Source: Halocafeteria seosinensis (lineage: Eukaryota). Taken from it: a DNA stretch of 64,000 bases. The notes beneath the pieces are model-generated. The model had not been told where the DNA came from, did no database searches, and saw only the letters and a list, made by a program, of their open reading frames with translations. Position 1 is the first letter of the stretch. The number at the start of each line of letters is the position of its first letter. The translations under genes and the position numbers were made by a program. Positions 1 through 11,166 of this stretch are shown here, piece after piece. The stretch covers positions 186,001-250,000 of the forward strand of contig LVLI01000101.1 of the NCBI GenBank assembly GCA_001687465.1, given 5' to 3'.

Positions 1-1411
1 GCCATGCTCCCAGGGGAAGCGTAAATGCGATCATAAACGCCCTTGTTACCCCTGTGTTAAACGAGGTATAGCCAACCAATGCGTGGATGTTCAACCACGG
101 AAGCGCGTCGTAAGGGGCTTGGAATCGAGTTCGAGCAAAGACGAAGAACAAGAACATTCACCCACTAAAAGGAACAAGAAAAGTGAAGGTGATTTTGTCC
201 CTCTGGAGGTGGCGTTCGAGGACTATGAGCAGTCCTTTCCGGCTTCCTTCGATTCACTCTCACCAGCTGAATTCCCTGCAAGCCAGGCTCCAGTGGAGCT
301 TACGTGTGAACACAGACAATGTTCGAGTACCGAACCATTGAGGCCATCGGAGCTGCAAGTTCAGGCTTCTTCTGCGGCAATGCCCCCGTCAAACTTTGAG
401 AAGGTCCAGAGTAGTCTGGATTTGTCCCCTCAGAATGCGTCCTCAGCGGAAAGGAAGGAGATACTGTCTACCATGCGCATTAGTGTCCCGATATGCAGGG
501 TGCGATACAAAGACATGGATCTGAATGTTCGTTCTTTAGTGTTAAATAATCATATGACAAGAGCATTTGGTTTGGGAGACCTGGTCAAATACCGGGCCGT
601 TCGCTCTAATCAGAGATGGATCCATCCGGAGGACGAGGATATTAAGTTCAGATGTGTCTTATACCATCTGGTACAGCAACGAGTCCCCTTACCTGATATC
701 CCTGTTTACTCCAATAGAATAGAAGGAACGTATCTAGAAATTCCTCGAAATCGCGCTAGGCGGAGCACCACAGGTCCGACAGATGAAGAAGCCAAATTCG
801 AAGAGGTAATCTCATTCGCGACACTGGAGTGCGCCATGTCCGTTATCGACAATGAGGTAGTGCCTTATTTGGGGAAAGGAATGTTTTGCTCCTTAGAATA
901 CATTTTCGAGGGTAGAGTACTGAGATGCGAGACTGACTTGTCTTCTACAGAAGCATCCAAATATATGGCTGTGGATGATCCGCACAGAGACGAGCTCTTC
1001 TCTTCGCAGTTTGCGGTAAGAAAATTCGGAGGTATTTCTTAGGTCTCCACTTCTAAATTGCGTTTTGCTTCTTTTCACTCCTTGCAGTTGTTTGCGGTCA
1101 ATCGTGCGAAAATGTTCACTTTTACAGTGAGAGACTGCCACGGAAGCCTGCACGCAAGCTATGAGATGTCACTTGATACTCAACCGACGAGTGACCGTAT
1201 CGTTTTGCCACGTTTCATGGGCCATTTTGTTGACGAAGTCTACAACCGTTGTGAGCATGGCGAAGATACCCATGGGGACAGCAATGAGTCTCCTCTAGTT
1301 CACAGCGGACTACAGGATGGGACATTGTTCATTGTTGATAACCAATACATCCAAACTCTAGAAGGGAAGACCGATTTTCAAGGACTTCTGAATCCAGTGG
1401 TTTTGAAGTAA
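1..1411 (+). CDS. Zn(II)2Cys6 zinc-cluster transcription factor with PAS-like C-terminal region (5'-truncated by window edge)
   Basis: Frame 2 from nt 2 reads PCSQGKRKCDHKRPCYPCVKRGIANQCVD, giving five of the six cluster Cys upstream of the ORF-track start. Later WIHPED PAS-like motif. Intron 1016-1087 (GTAAGA..TTGCAG) joins to the 1058-1411 frame. Confidence 0.8.
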
Positions 1412-1805
1412 TATACAGCATGCGCGCATTGTACTGTATTATTGAAACGTTACATGGCGTAACGACTAATGATCTACGTCGGAGCCAACTCCGACGCTAT
1501 GGAAACCCCTCCACGTTATACCGTCTGCGGGGGCTTAAGGTTATATTAAAGCCATATACAACAAGAGGCAAACAGTTAAGGCGTACAGCATTCAATTGGG
1601 CGCCGATGCTGTTCCTTAGGGTCACGGAAAAGATGATATGCCTGTTACATTATATACTCCGGAGCAAATTCTTCGTCGGCGACCGCAGCTATTCCCGCTG
1701 TTTAATGGTACTGCAACGCAAGTGTCCACACTACAGGCGTGCTCACATACACTATGTATATTTCTATACCATTCAAGGTACATATATTCACCAGTGTACC
1801 CATTG

Positions 1806-3847
1806 TCAGTAGTGTTGATACGTGTTTGGGATTTTGTCCCCCATCCGGCCGATCAATTGGACGTCGGAATTGCGATGACCTTGGAAGAAACGGGGAGTTA
1901 GCTGAGTGTTGCCCCATAGTTCCAGATGTGTGAGCTTCTGACAGCTATCAACAAGGTATCCCACTGTATCATGAGCGACTTGGTGGCATAAGAGAAGCGT
2001 AGTTGCAACACCGCCCGCACTTACATGCATCGTCGGAAACCTGTCGACACCAGCTGATATCAAGCTTTTCGAGAGTGATTGAAGCCAGCTCCGTTAGTGT
2101 GAGCAGTGTGTAATCACTTATCTGGAACCAAAATACTTGATTGAGCACTCAATTTACCCAAAAGACGGGATCGAAGGCATACCTGCATGCCCCCCAGCTC
2201 TACGGTCTCAAGACTCTTAGAGGGTCCTGAGGAGCGCCTCAAAACCCCACCATTTTGGGAGGGAACGAGTCCTCTACTGATTCCTTCTCCAGTTTTATTT
2301 ACAGCGGATCCCGCACTTGGATGAGACAATAGCAATGCCAGAATTGTCTGCTCTTCTTCAACGCCGGTAAGGTTACTAAGGCGGACATGTCTCAGAGGCA
2401 AACCACACGTCGCCAACTGTATATTGCATGAGGGTGCAGTCAAAGCTAACATCACGAACTTGAATGGTTCCGAAGCTTACCTTGTTAATTCCATCGTCTG
2501 TTACCTTCGGTAGGCTAGACAGCTTAAGAGTATGGAGTGTTGGAACTTTGGATGACTGGAAGTTATCTTCCCCGTTGGTGGGTTTCGTTTCGCATTTGGG
2601 ACAATGAGCGAGGGTACCAGCAAGTGCCTCTAAGGCCACATCACTAATTGCAGGGCAACCTTCAATGACTAACTCGGTGAGAGGCAATTGCGAATTCCCG
2701 GAACCAAGCACTGCATAGCGCTGGGCTGAGAACAAGAGCTGGATAGCGAAATCATCTAATTGAGGAAGCTGAACGAACCGGACAGAGCGCAGCCTAGAGA
2801 AGCTGGCGGTCCATTTCATTTCTGCAGTGGCTTTGCTGAGACATGAAGGCAACGAGGACAGCCATTGATCCGTCTCCTTGCTGCCGGCCACCGGGCGAGC
2901 ATGTTTCGTATTCATCTTTCCAGATTTTCCGTGCATATGAGTGCGGTCTAGCACGCTGAAGTGAAGCGCGTTGATTTCTAGATGTTCAAGGTTTGGTAAC
3001 ATGTCTGTTAGTTGCTCGAGTAACTCCATTTGAATGTGGGGACACTCAGTAAGTTCCAACTGTCTCAGTTCCCCTGCGGCCTCAAGAAATGAACGTAGAG
3101 CCTTGGTAGTCAACGCATAGGCACCACGAAGACTCAGTATGCGTAATGATGGTCCAACAGCGTCCCTGCGGGCAACCAAAAAAAGATAAAAAATTGGCCA
3201 AGAACAACCCATGTGGCAGGAATTCTAGCGTACTTGACCGCCCACGCAGTTGCATCGGTGAATCCTCTTCCACAATGCCCTAATGACAATTTTCTCAGCT
3301 GTCGACATTGTCCAAGAGAAGCTTGCATCTGATGCGGATCGATCAATGCGCAGTCCGGAATATCGATTTCTCCTTCATATGTCCCTCCACCGAATCCATC
3401 ATCCGCTTTGGCCAGGAGGTCGAACGTGGCCGCGTTCATCTTTTGTCGCTCGCAGAGAGTGTAGCTAATTTTTCGCCTAAGCTCTGGTGTTATGGGCCCC
3501 AGAGCCTCGAGTTGGTCGACGTGTTTACAGATGAATTGTACACAGAGTACCGTCAATGACTGCACCGGGTAGGTATCCGGCACGAAGCACCACCCGTCGT
3601 CCACTTGACTCTGATCAATATTCGCGTCCGGACGTGGTTCCCAAGGGATGTGCGGCCGCGTATCGGAAGACTCATTCTCCTCGTGAGGGTCCTCCTGCTC
3701 TTCGCGAAGACGTCTGGCTTTGGTACGCTCGCGAAGCAGATTCCGGGCTGTGGCGAAAGGCCCCGGCCAATGACTCCTCTCTTCCGAGGAGCCACTACCA
3801 TTCCTGGAGGCCTCCGAAGAGCCCTCAGTTCTACGACGACGTGGCAT
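1806..3847 (-). CDS. RAD7: Rad7-like RNI/LRR nucleotide-excision-repair protein (multi-exon)
   Basis: WPGPFATA motif and SLTVLCVQFICKHVDQLEALG..RRKIS..LC segment, followed by cysteine-containing LRRs (LSLGHCGRGFTD, LELTECPHI, LDISWCRQVSD, LELWGNTQLT). ORFs 3134-3847, 2376-3212, 2114-2455 and 1806-2063 join through GT-AG introns. Confidence 0.75.
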
Positions 3848-4053
3848 TCTGTACTCTCACGGTATCCGTACCTTTAGGCCCTGTGCGAGCCTCCTTAAAC
3901 AACAAGACAACCTGGAGAAACTGGACTGACGTCACTCCCCAACTCTAGGGTTGAGACCGGCGAAGGAACGGAGTATTGGACAACTGGCCATTTCGAAGCA
4001 TTCAAACGATTGTGTGATAGATGTAACTTAGAAAGCAGCTGTCAAAAGTTCAT

Positions 4054-6809
4054 TTATTGTCTCTTAGGAACAATTTGCGATGTTAGCGCTTCGGCAAGCG
4101 AAGTAGCATTGGAAGCCTTTAGAACTTGAGAAAGTTCACTGTGCTGCCATAAGGAGAGTATACCTCGGCGTACTGCTAGCTTGTACTCCTCCAAGAGCTG
4201 CTCTTGGCTGACAGCGTAAAAATCTCCAGTGTCCGCAGGATTTTGTAGTACATAAGTGATACACTCAACTTCCTTAGAGTCTGGGAAGTATTCCATGTGT
4301 GCCGTGTATGTGGCTTCCACCACGCTTTTCTGGAACGTAAGGAAAACAGGGAGACACCATGTAAAGACTCGGTATTGAAGTGGCAAAAGCGAAGGACACT
4401 CACCTGTATCGGGTCCTGCAACCCTGTGAAAGTAGACAAGTCCTTCAAAAACCTTGCTTTCACCGAGAATTGTTTTTGCCCGTTGGCACATGCCCGTGCC
4501 CGAGCGACCAGGTGAGGTACCAAATCAGCAGGGGCGATTTGCAACCCGAATCCTCCACCCGGAACGAAATTGAATTCACTACTAGATTCATTAATACCAA
4601 AGAACAAAGAAGCAGCACGATTAAAGAACACACACGTCGGAATGCAAACGTGCTCCGTGTAGTGGATCCGGACCACAGGTGTCTCAATTTGCAATAAAAC
4701 ACGCTGAATTAGAATTTCCTCCATCAATTCGTGATACTGTGTCCCGCAGAGTAATCACATGAACAGTAAAGCTAGAAACAAAACAAGAGCACACTATGAC
4801 ACCAACTTACAGAGAAGGTGCGTACTATTTCAGGCAAACAGTTTTGAATGATACCCACTGCCTCTTTTTCTCTCTCCTTATCATGTTTCTCGCTTAGTTC
4901 CTCACTTGCCGTCAAGCCACCGGTGCCTGTTAAATCACACATGTAAATCAACCGTCGCCAGTTGCAATACTACCATAGGTATGCACTCACTTAGACTACT
5001 CTCCTGTCGAATAACGCTTTTACTGACATTGGGACACTTTCCAGGGTACATCTTTCGGAGACTCCTTGCTACAGAGGTTAGACAATCCACAGGAAATGCC
5101 ATAACGTTTTCTTGCATCCATTGTCTCTCTGACAGATTATGCATTTTCACTTGGACATAGAGTGCATTCACTGACCGATGCATGTTTTCTATGTTAACAG
5201 CTTTCGATATATTCGCCGGAACTCTGCCAAGGGCATGTTCCTTGTGAGTCTGCTTAATATCCATGCTTTCTATGGAACGGCACGGCACCAGGTCTTCAAG
5301 CATCACGCCGAACCCCAGCCACTGTGGGTCTGTAATTTCTACTCCCTGCATTGCAAGCATAGGGCCTAGCGTTGAATCGTTTTGCGCTTGTCTTTTCTTC
5401 TTAAATGAGTATTGCGGGTGCTCGAGATACTCGCTCGATGACGAACCGTGCCTAAGCATCGCACTCCTTGCACGCTTGCCGCCTACGACCGAATAGTCAG
5501 AAGGTAGCCAATCTGCACGGTGCAGCTCGTTCTCCACGTCTTCGTAAGACATGTCAGCACTAAGGCTAGAAAGGAGCTGAATTTCACCTTCAGGACTGCC
5601 CCAGCCGTTAGATTGAGCACCAAAGTTCTCCATGAACGAATTACTAGAATCTACAGGAGTATCGACAACAGCACCGGGAGCACTGCTGCTTTCTATTTCA
5701 TGTAAAGATTCTTGCAGCGATAGGATCCCAACGCTATTGTTGGATGATGAACCACTCTTGTGAAAGAATGTTCGTGCCGCTGAATCGGATGCTGCCATGT
5801 TGGAGGAACCATTATCAATCATGTCGTAATCACCGAGGGACCTAGAGTTCTCTCCCATTCTCCATCGGTCAAGTTCCTCGCTTTTCTCTGCAGCACCTAG
5901 TAGCTTACCAATTTTTCCAGACTGAACTACATACTGGTCTAGGTTGCTGTTGCTTGGCGGCTGTGGATTGCTGAAGCGATGGTCTGGGACGAAAATACCA
6001 CCACCCCCTTCTGTTTGCCACACGTGACCTGAATTAGTAAACGAAGGCATGGTCTGGGCTTGGGACGATTGCTGATTCTTACTGGACGAAGGCATCAGCA
6101 TCATGTGTTCCCGTTGGATATCGTGTTTTGCACTGTCAACCAGACGGGCATCTGCCGCTTGAGGAACGCTGACACCGAATGCACCACCAGTAGGAGGATG
6201 AGAAAACTGTGCGGATCCATGTGTTGCCCCCGTATTAGAATACATAGGCAAATGATTCGCTCCAAAGTAACCCCATCGGTCAACAGGCCTGCTGCCAGGA
6301 CGTTGGGCTGCGCTGGTTGGTTCGGGCTGGATCACATCGGGATAAAGCTGAGCTTGGGGATATCCGCTATGCACTGTTGTGTGTGCATGCGTTGGGGCTG
6401 GAGGAGGCCCAGCTCTTTGTTTGGACGGTGATTGCATTGACTTGGGCGCTGTAGGCATTCCTTTTTCTTGGCTCGCCGCCGCTGCTAAGTCTGCCATCTT
6501 GGATTTGGGCGCTCTTTGACGCCCACTCTTGCCTGAGCCACCAACCGGAGCTTCAATCTTCCCCTCTCTCTGGCGTCGTTTTGCACTTGCCGGACTATCC
6601 ACGCATTCCTTTCCAAGTTGCCGGCATCTTCCACATGGCCGCTGCGAAAAAAGGAGAACATCAAGAAACTTTCCGTTCATTCTCACCATGTCTCATAAAC
6701 AAATTTGACTACGTACATCGCCATCGCATTTCCTCTTGGCTCTCTCACAGGGACCACAAGCGAAAGCAGGCTTCCCTACGCCCCTTTTTAGCTCGGCGCT
6801 GGTAGGCAT
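4054..6809 (-). CDS. Zn(II)2Cys6 zinc-cluster transcription factor with low-complexity middle and PAS-like C-terminal region
   Basis: ATG at 6809: MPTSAELKRGVGKPAFACGPCERAKRKCDGD, intron 6642-6716, then RPCGRCRQLGKECVD, which completes a C-x2-C-x6-C-x5-C-x2-C-x6-C cluster. Continues through the 4935-6689, 4176-4727 and 4054-4491 frames. Confidence 0.8.
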
Positions 6810-7942
6810 GAGGGCTCCCCTCTGTCGGCTCGGCTCGCCAAAAAACCCAACGAACAACAGCTATAAGAGCCCTTTTCTCGCTTTCCCCCCTCTCTTTTCA
6901 GGGTCTTAAATAAAAGGGGAACACGGTGGTAGTTTACAATCGAAAGCTACTTAACGAGCACACCGTGTGGGAATTGTGTGAGAATAAAGAACGGAAGTGT
7001 ACTTTCTCCTGTTTTCCGCCGCCATCTCCCTCTCAAGGGGAGCCAAAGGGGGGCCAAAGTACACCCCACACACGGAAAACTTGCAACAGGGTGAATGCCC
7101 TCATTATGGATGAGGATCGCCCGGGAAGGACGGGTGTATACCCTTACTGTCTTTCCTGCTTTCGATATTGGTGATGTTGGTGTGGGTATACAGGCAAGAA
7201 AGTGGTATAAAGTTCCACGGTCCTTGCGGACCCCAGTACGCGATTGCGAGCCAGTCGGCAGACTGCAGCACCCCAACGGTAAACTACAACGTAAGCGTCA
7301 GAACGTGTGCATTCGAGTGTTCATGGGAATTATCAACGGAATATATATATTTCTGAAGAATGGTGGCATATTCCGTGTCTCGTATGTATTGGGTCCGCAA
7401 AGCGAATTCTCCACACGCTACAAACCGGTCACGGTAAGAATTGTGTGCGAGGATAGACCAGTTCAAAGCAGATTTGACTGACATGCAACCTAGTGAAATC
7501 GTCTCGCCCTGACGGTGTTGTTCGAACGACAAGCTTCGATCTTCGCTCGGGGATTCCCAAGCAAGTTTCAAGCTGGCAGGTTACCCGCTAAGCCGGTGCG
7601 CAAGAAGACACGCTCAGCGAACGGCATTAACAGCTACTGGAGCGAATTCTATTTAGGTTTTGACATAATTGCAAGTTTTTGTGCTGGGAGCTACATGGCC
7701 GAATAGCTCTGCACATGTTGCTGTTTCGTGGAAGCAACGTAACGTCTGAGGCGTAACTGCAAGACGGGATATGCGATACGAGTCAGGATATGCTACCTCG
7801 GTCGTATAGCGCCAATGCTTGTACGAAAGAGGCATAGTTCAATGCATACACAGTATGTCCAGTTTGGTGGTCATTTCTAGCAGGAGTATGCAGGGTACAG
7901 CCAAGTCTCGATGAATCTGACTCGTCATAAACTGGAATAATT

Positions 7943-8916
7943 TCAACTTCTGCCTTTGAGTAAGTAAAGAGTACAGACTAGACTGCCACCTGTACAAAGT
8001 CCTAACAATCCTCCTAGAAGAAAGTCTCTATTTAACCACCTCCCAGGACGCCTTAGGAGAGCAAAACCTCTTTTCTGTTGATTGCACAGAGTTTCTTCCC
8101 GTCTATTCAACAGTTCACTGTGCCAAGCTTTTACCAGCCCTGTGCGCAGTTTACCGCTAACTCCGTAGTAGAATTGGCTGAGGTCAATATTTTGAGATCG
8201 TTCGTACTCCAAGGCCTGGATGAGCATTTCAAACTTATCAAAATCCTTTAGGTAAACAGCTTCTAAGGTAGAAGCATTGTCGTATTCCTTCCATAGCTCA
8301 AGTATATCCTGTTCTGCACAATTAAAGAAGGGAAGATGTAATCGGGGAATAGCTCGAATACTGCGTCCGGCAGCGCGGCAGTGCAAAGACCTACTGGCAA
8401 GGGAGAAAGTCCCTTCTGATAGGGTGCGGCAAATTTGATCCATCGCTTCTGCCTCAGCTTTTTGTTTCTCTTCTTTTGAAATATTATCGTGAGGGGTGAT
8501 GTCTCCGATCAGTGCCTCACCAAGGTCATGAACCAAAGCCATGCGGATGCACCTGTAGCGGCACATAAGAGCCAGCGTTTGCGTTCACGGTGATCCTCAC
8601 CTGACGTTGAGTTGGCAGGTCTGTTACTGCTTACTTGTTTCTATCGACCCTCTTATCATCAATTAGCATGCAGGCCATGGCCATGCGATACATGTGGTCG
8701 CTGACGGATTCCGGTAATTCAACATTGCAGCGTTGCCATCCTGCTCGCTTTGTCAGCTGCACCAGAGAAGAGGCGACCACACACCTTCTATAATCTGACT
8801 CAACAGGAATAAAGATGCTCTGGAGATCTCAACTGGCGCGGTATACGTACTTTAAGTTGCCCACATAGTGACAAGAAATCCACAGCTTTAGCGCTTCGTA
8901 CGTCCCTCTCCGTCAT
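7943..8916 (-). CDS. HDDC2: HD-domain 5'-deoxynucleotidase (HDDC2/YGK1 family) with C-terminal hydrophobic tail
   Basis: Spliced: MTERD..LCGQLK / LTKRAGW..PESVSDHMYRMA / CIRMALVHDLGEALIGDITP..KDFDKFEMLIQALEYE. Confidence 0.9.
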
Positions 8917-9370
8917 TTTCTACGCTTCCCACTCCAAGGAAGCCCCTTCGCATAAGTCCTCTATCAAATCATTACTATAATATTTTACCAACGCCTAGCC
9001 TCACCAATGACAGGCTCAATGGACTGTACGAAGTTGAAGTTGAGCTTCACAAAGCCTTTACACTAAACGGTCGCTGTATTCGCCCCTTTTAGAGGCTATT
9101 CTATGATGAAACTTGTCCACACAAGTGTAGTTTATGGAATTATATAGAGTGTATGTTGTCTATTGGTACCTGGCGGTTTGGTGAGGAATGAAAAATGGAG
9201 CCAAAACCTCCTCGGAAACAGCGCACCCATGCGCGACGAAGGTGAGCTACACGATTAAGCAAGGTTTTACGCTTCTTCGAGAGGCTCTTTTCTCTATCAC
9301 TTGGTGCTGCTAATGAAAACATTTTTGAGACATGAGAGCTTCACTGGGTTTCGGATTCTCTGCATGCAGA

Positions 9371-11057
9371 ATGGGACCTAACAATAGTGAGGAACTAGCT
9401 CGAGAGACCTCAGAAATGGAAGCTCGTCTCCAGTACGTGTATACATCTGCGCAGCCGACTTCCTCCGATCCATCTTTATACGCCTCGGTTCAATGTGCAA
9501 CAATTTTTGCAGACAGTTGCAGAGTCAAGTAGAAAAAGAAAAGAAACGGGGAGCTTCTTCAAAGAAGTAGGTTCAACTGGAAGTGGTTGGAATTAAATAG
9601 TCGACTAAATTATCTGAGCTCCTGTTGCAGTGGATCCATGCGATGGGGTAGTTCATCCACAAATAAAGGGTCGCTCAAGAATTACAGCAAAGATATCATA
9701 TCTCAGCATTCAAGCGCAGCAGAAGACCGAGCCAAACGAGATATACAACTGAAGAAGAGTTACAGGAAGGCTACGCAGTTGACCCGCGAAAATGGAGGTT
9801 CACATGAGAAGGATAGACCGTCCACAGCCTCACGAAGACTCGACTCTGTACCCGTTAACAAGTGGACAGTCGACGACGTCCTATTATGGTTGACGGAGTT
9901 AGGTCTGGATCAGTACACCTCGACGTTCTCCGAGAATGAGATTACAGGTGCGTAGATGCAAGTCATTCGCGTTTCTATATTCTGAGTAGTTGAATGTGAT
10001 ATATTGAATATCCGCAGGGGATGTGCTTCTTGAAATGGGAACTGATGATCTAGATTACCTAGGCATCAAGGCTCTAGGCCATAGAAAAATGCTGCTGAAG
10101 AGCATTCGCCAGTTGCAGCAGAAACAGGCTGAACGAACAGCTATGAACCCTTCAGACTTCCAACAAACGAAAGAACATTCCCAGGAGAAAAAATCGAACT
10201 CTTCTCAAACGATCCAAGGTGCTGCTCAAACCAATACACCTGATTTAGCTGCTGCGGAAGCTGCGGAGCACGAGGCCTTCAAGGCTGCAGTCATGGCATG
10301 GAGGCGGGGCAACGCATCGGCAGAAGAACCGCAGCAACAGCAGTCTCAGGATGATTGGAAGAATCCTTTTGGAAACGACACCGCTGCTGCACAGCAGCCA
10401 TCGGGCAACTTCGACAGCACTCTAGAAATTCCAACAGATACTTCAAGTACGGAGCCTGCCCTGGCCGGACAAGAGTCCGAGGAGCATTCTAAATTTGTAG
10501 CTGCAGTGGAGCAGTGGAGACGTGGGGCCGATAACGATGTTAATAGCGAAGTTGCACCACTTCGCAGCAAACTTAGTTCGACTACTGCCAAACAGCTTGG
10601 GTTGCAAGAGGAAGATATTCAAAATAAGGAGCACTCATCATGGTATAAAGCATACAACCTGGCTTTTAGTGACACCCCTGACAAGTTTTCAGAGTACGTT
10701 TCCAGTCTTTATAGCTCAAAAGAGGGCCAGAGTTGTGAACCCAAGGAGGAACAATCCGTTCACGGGAATAGTAAGAATGCCGAGATAGCAGCCATTCCCC
10801 AGCCCGACAATAACACCCTACCGGAGGCTAGCTGTGAAACCGACCAGCGAATTGGGAGACACACTACTGATGCCACTGTGGAGAATGTAGGTGACAGCGG
10901 AGTTATATCCTTGACAGACAACTTATACGCTGCAAATAATGTTGCAAGAAAGCCGAGTAGCTCAAGAAAAACCCGCCCGGTAAGCCAGCAACGTTCCAAA
11001 GGAACGGGGGCTAACGAACCCACCCAAAACATTTGGGACATGCCGGTAAAGTTCTGA
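9371..11057 (+). CDS. SAM-domain protein with repeated EH-x-F-x-AAV-x-WRRG motifs
   Basis: WTVDDVLLWLTELGLDQYTSTFSENEITG / LLEMGTDDLDYLGIKALGHRKMLLKSI is a SAM domain split by an intron near 9948-10017. Small 5' exons start from ATG 9371. Confidence 0.75.
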
Positions 11058-11166
11058 TTACATTATACCATGCTAGGAAGAACGCTGTACATTAATCTAC
11101 AAAAATAATAGTTGATGCATCAACAGTATATACAGATTCTGCTATCGACTCACCCCGACGTAATGG

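Noticed and set aside
3134..3273. Apparent frameshifts between overlapping ORFs here and in many other genes
   Set aside because: Explained by canonical GT-AG introns with pyrimidine tracts.
6900..7900. Short ORFs in the spacer upstream of the second Zn2Cys6 gene
   Set aside because: No recognisable motifs or consistent splice pattern. Probably promoter/UTR sequence.
11149..11160. Shared 10-mer ctcaccccga here and near 59626
   Set aside because: Matches of this length are expected by chance in 64 kb.
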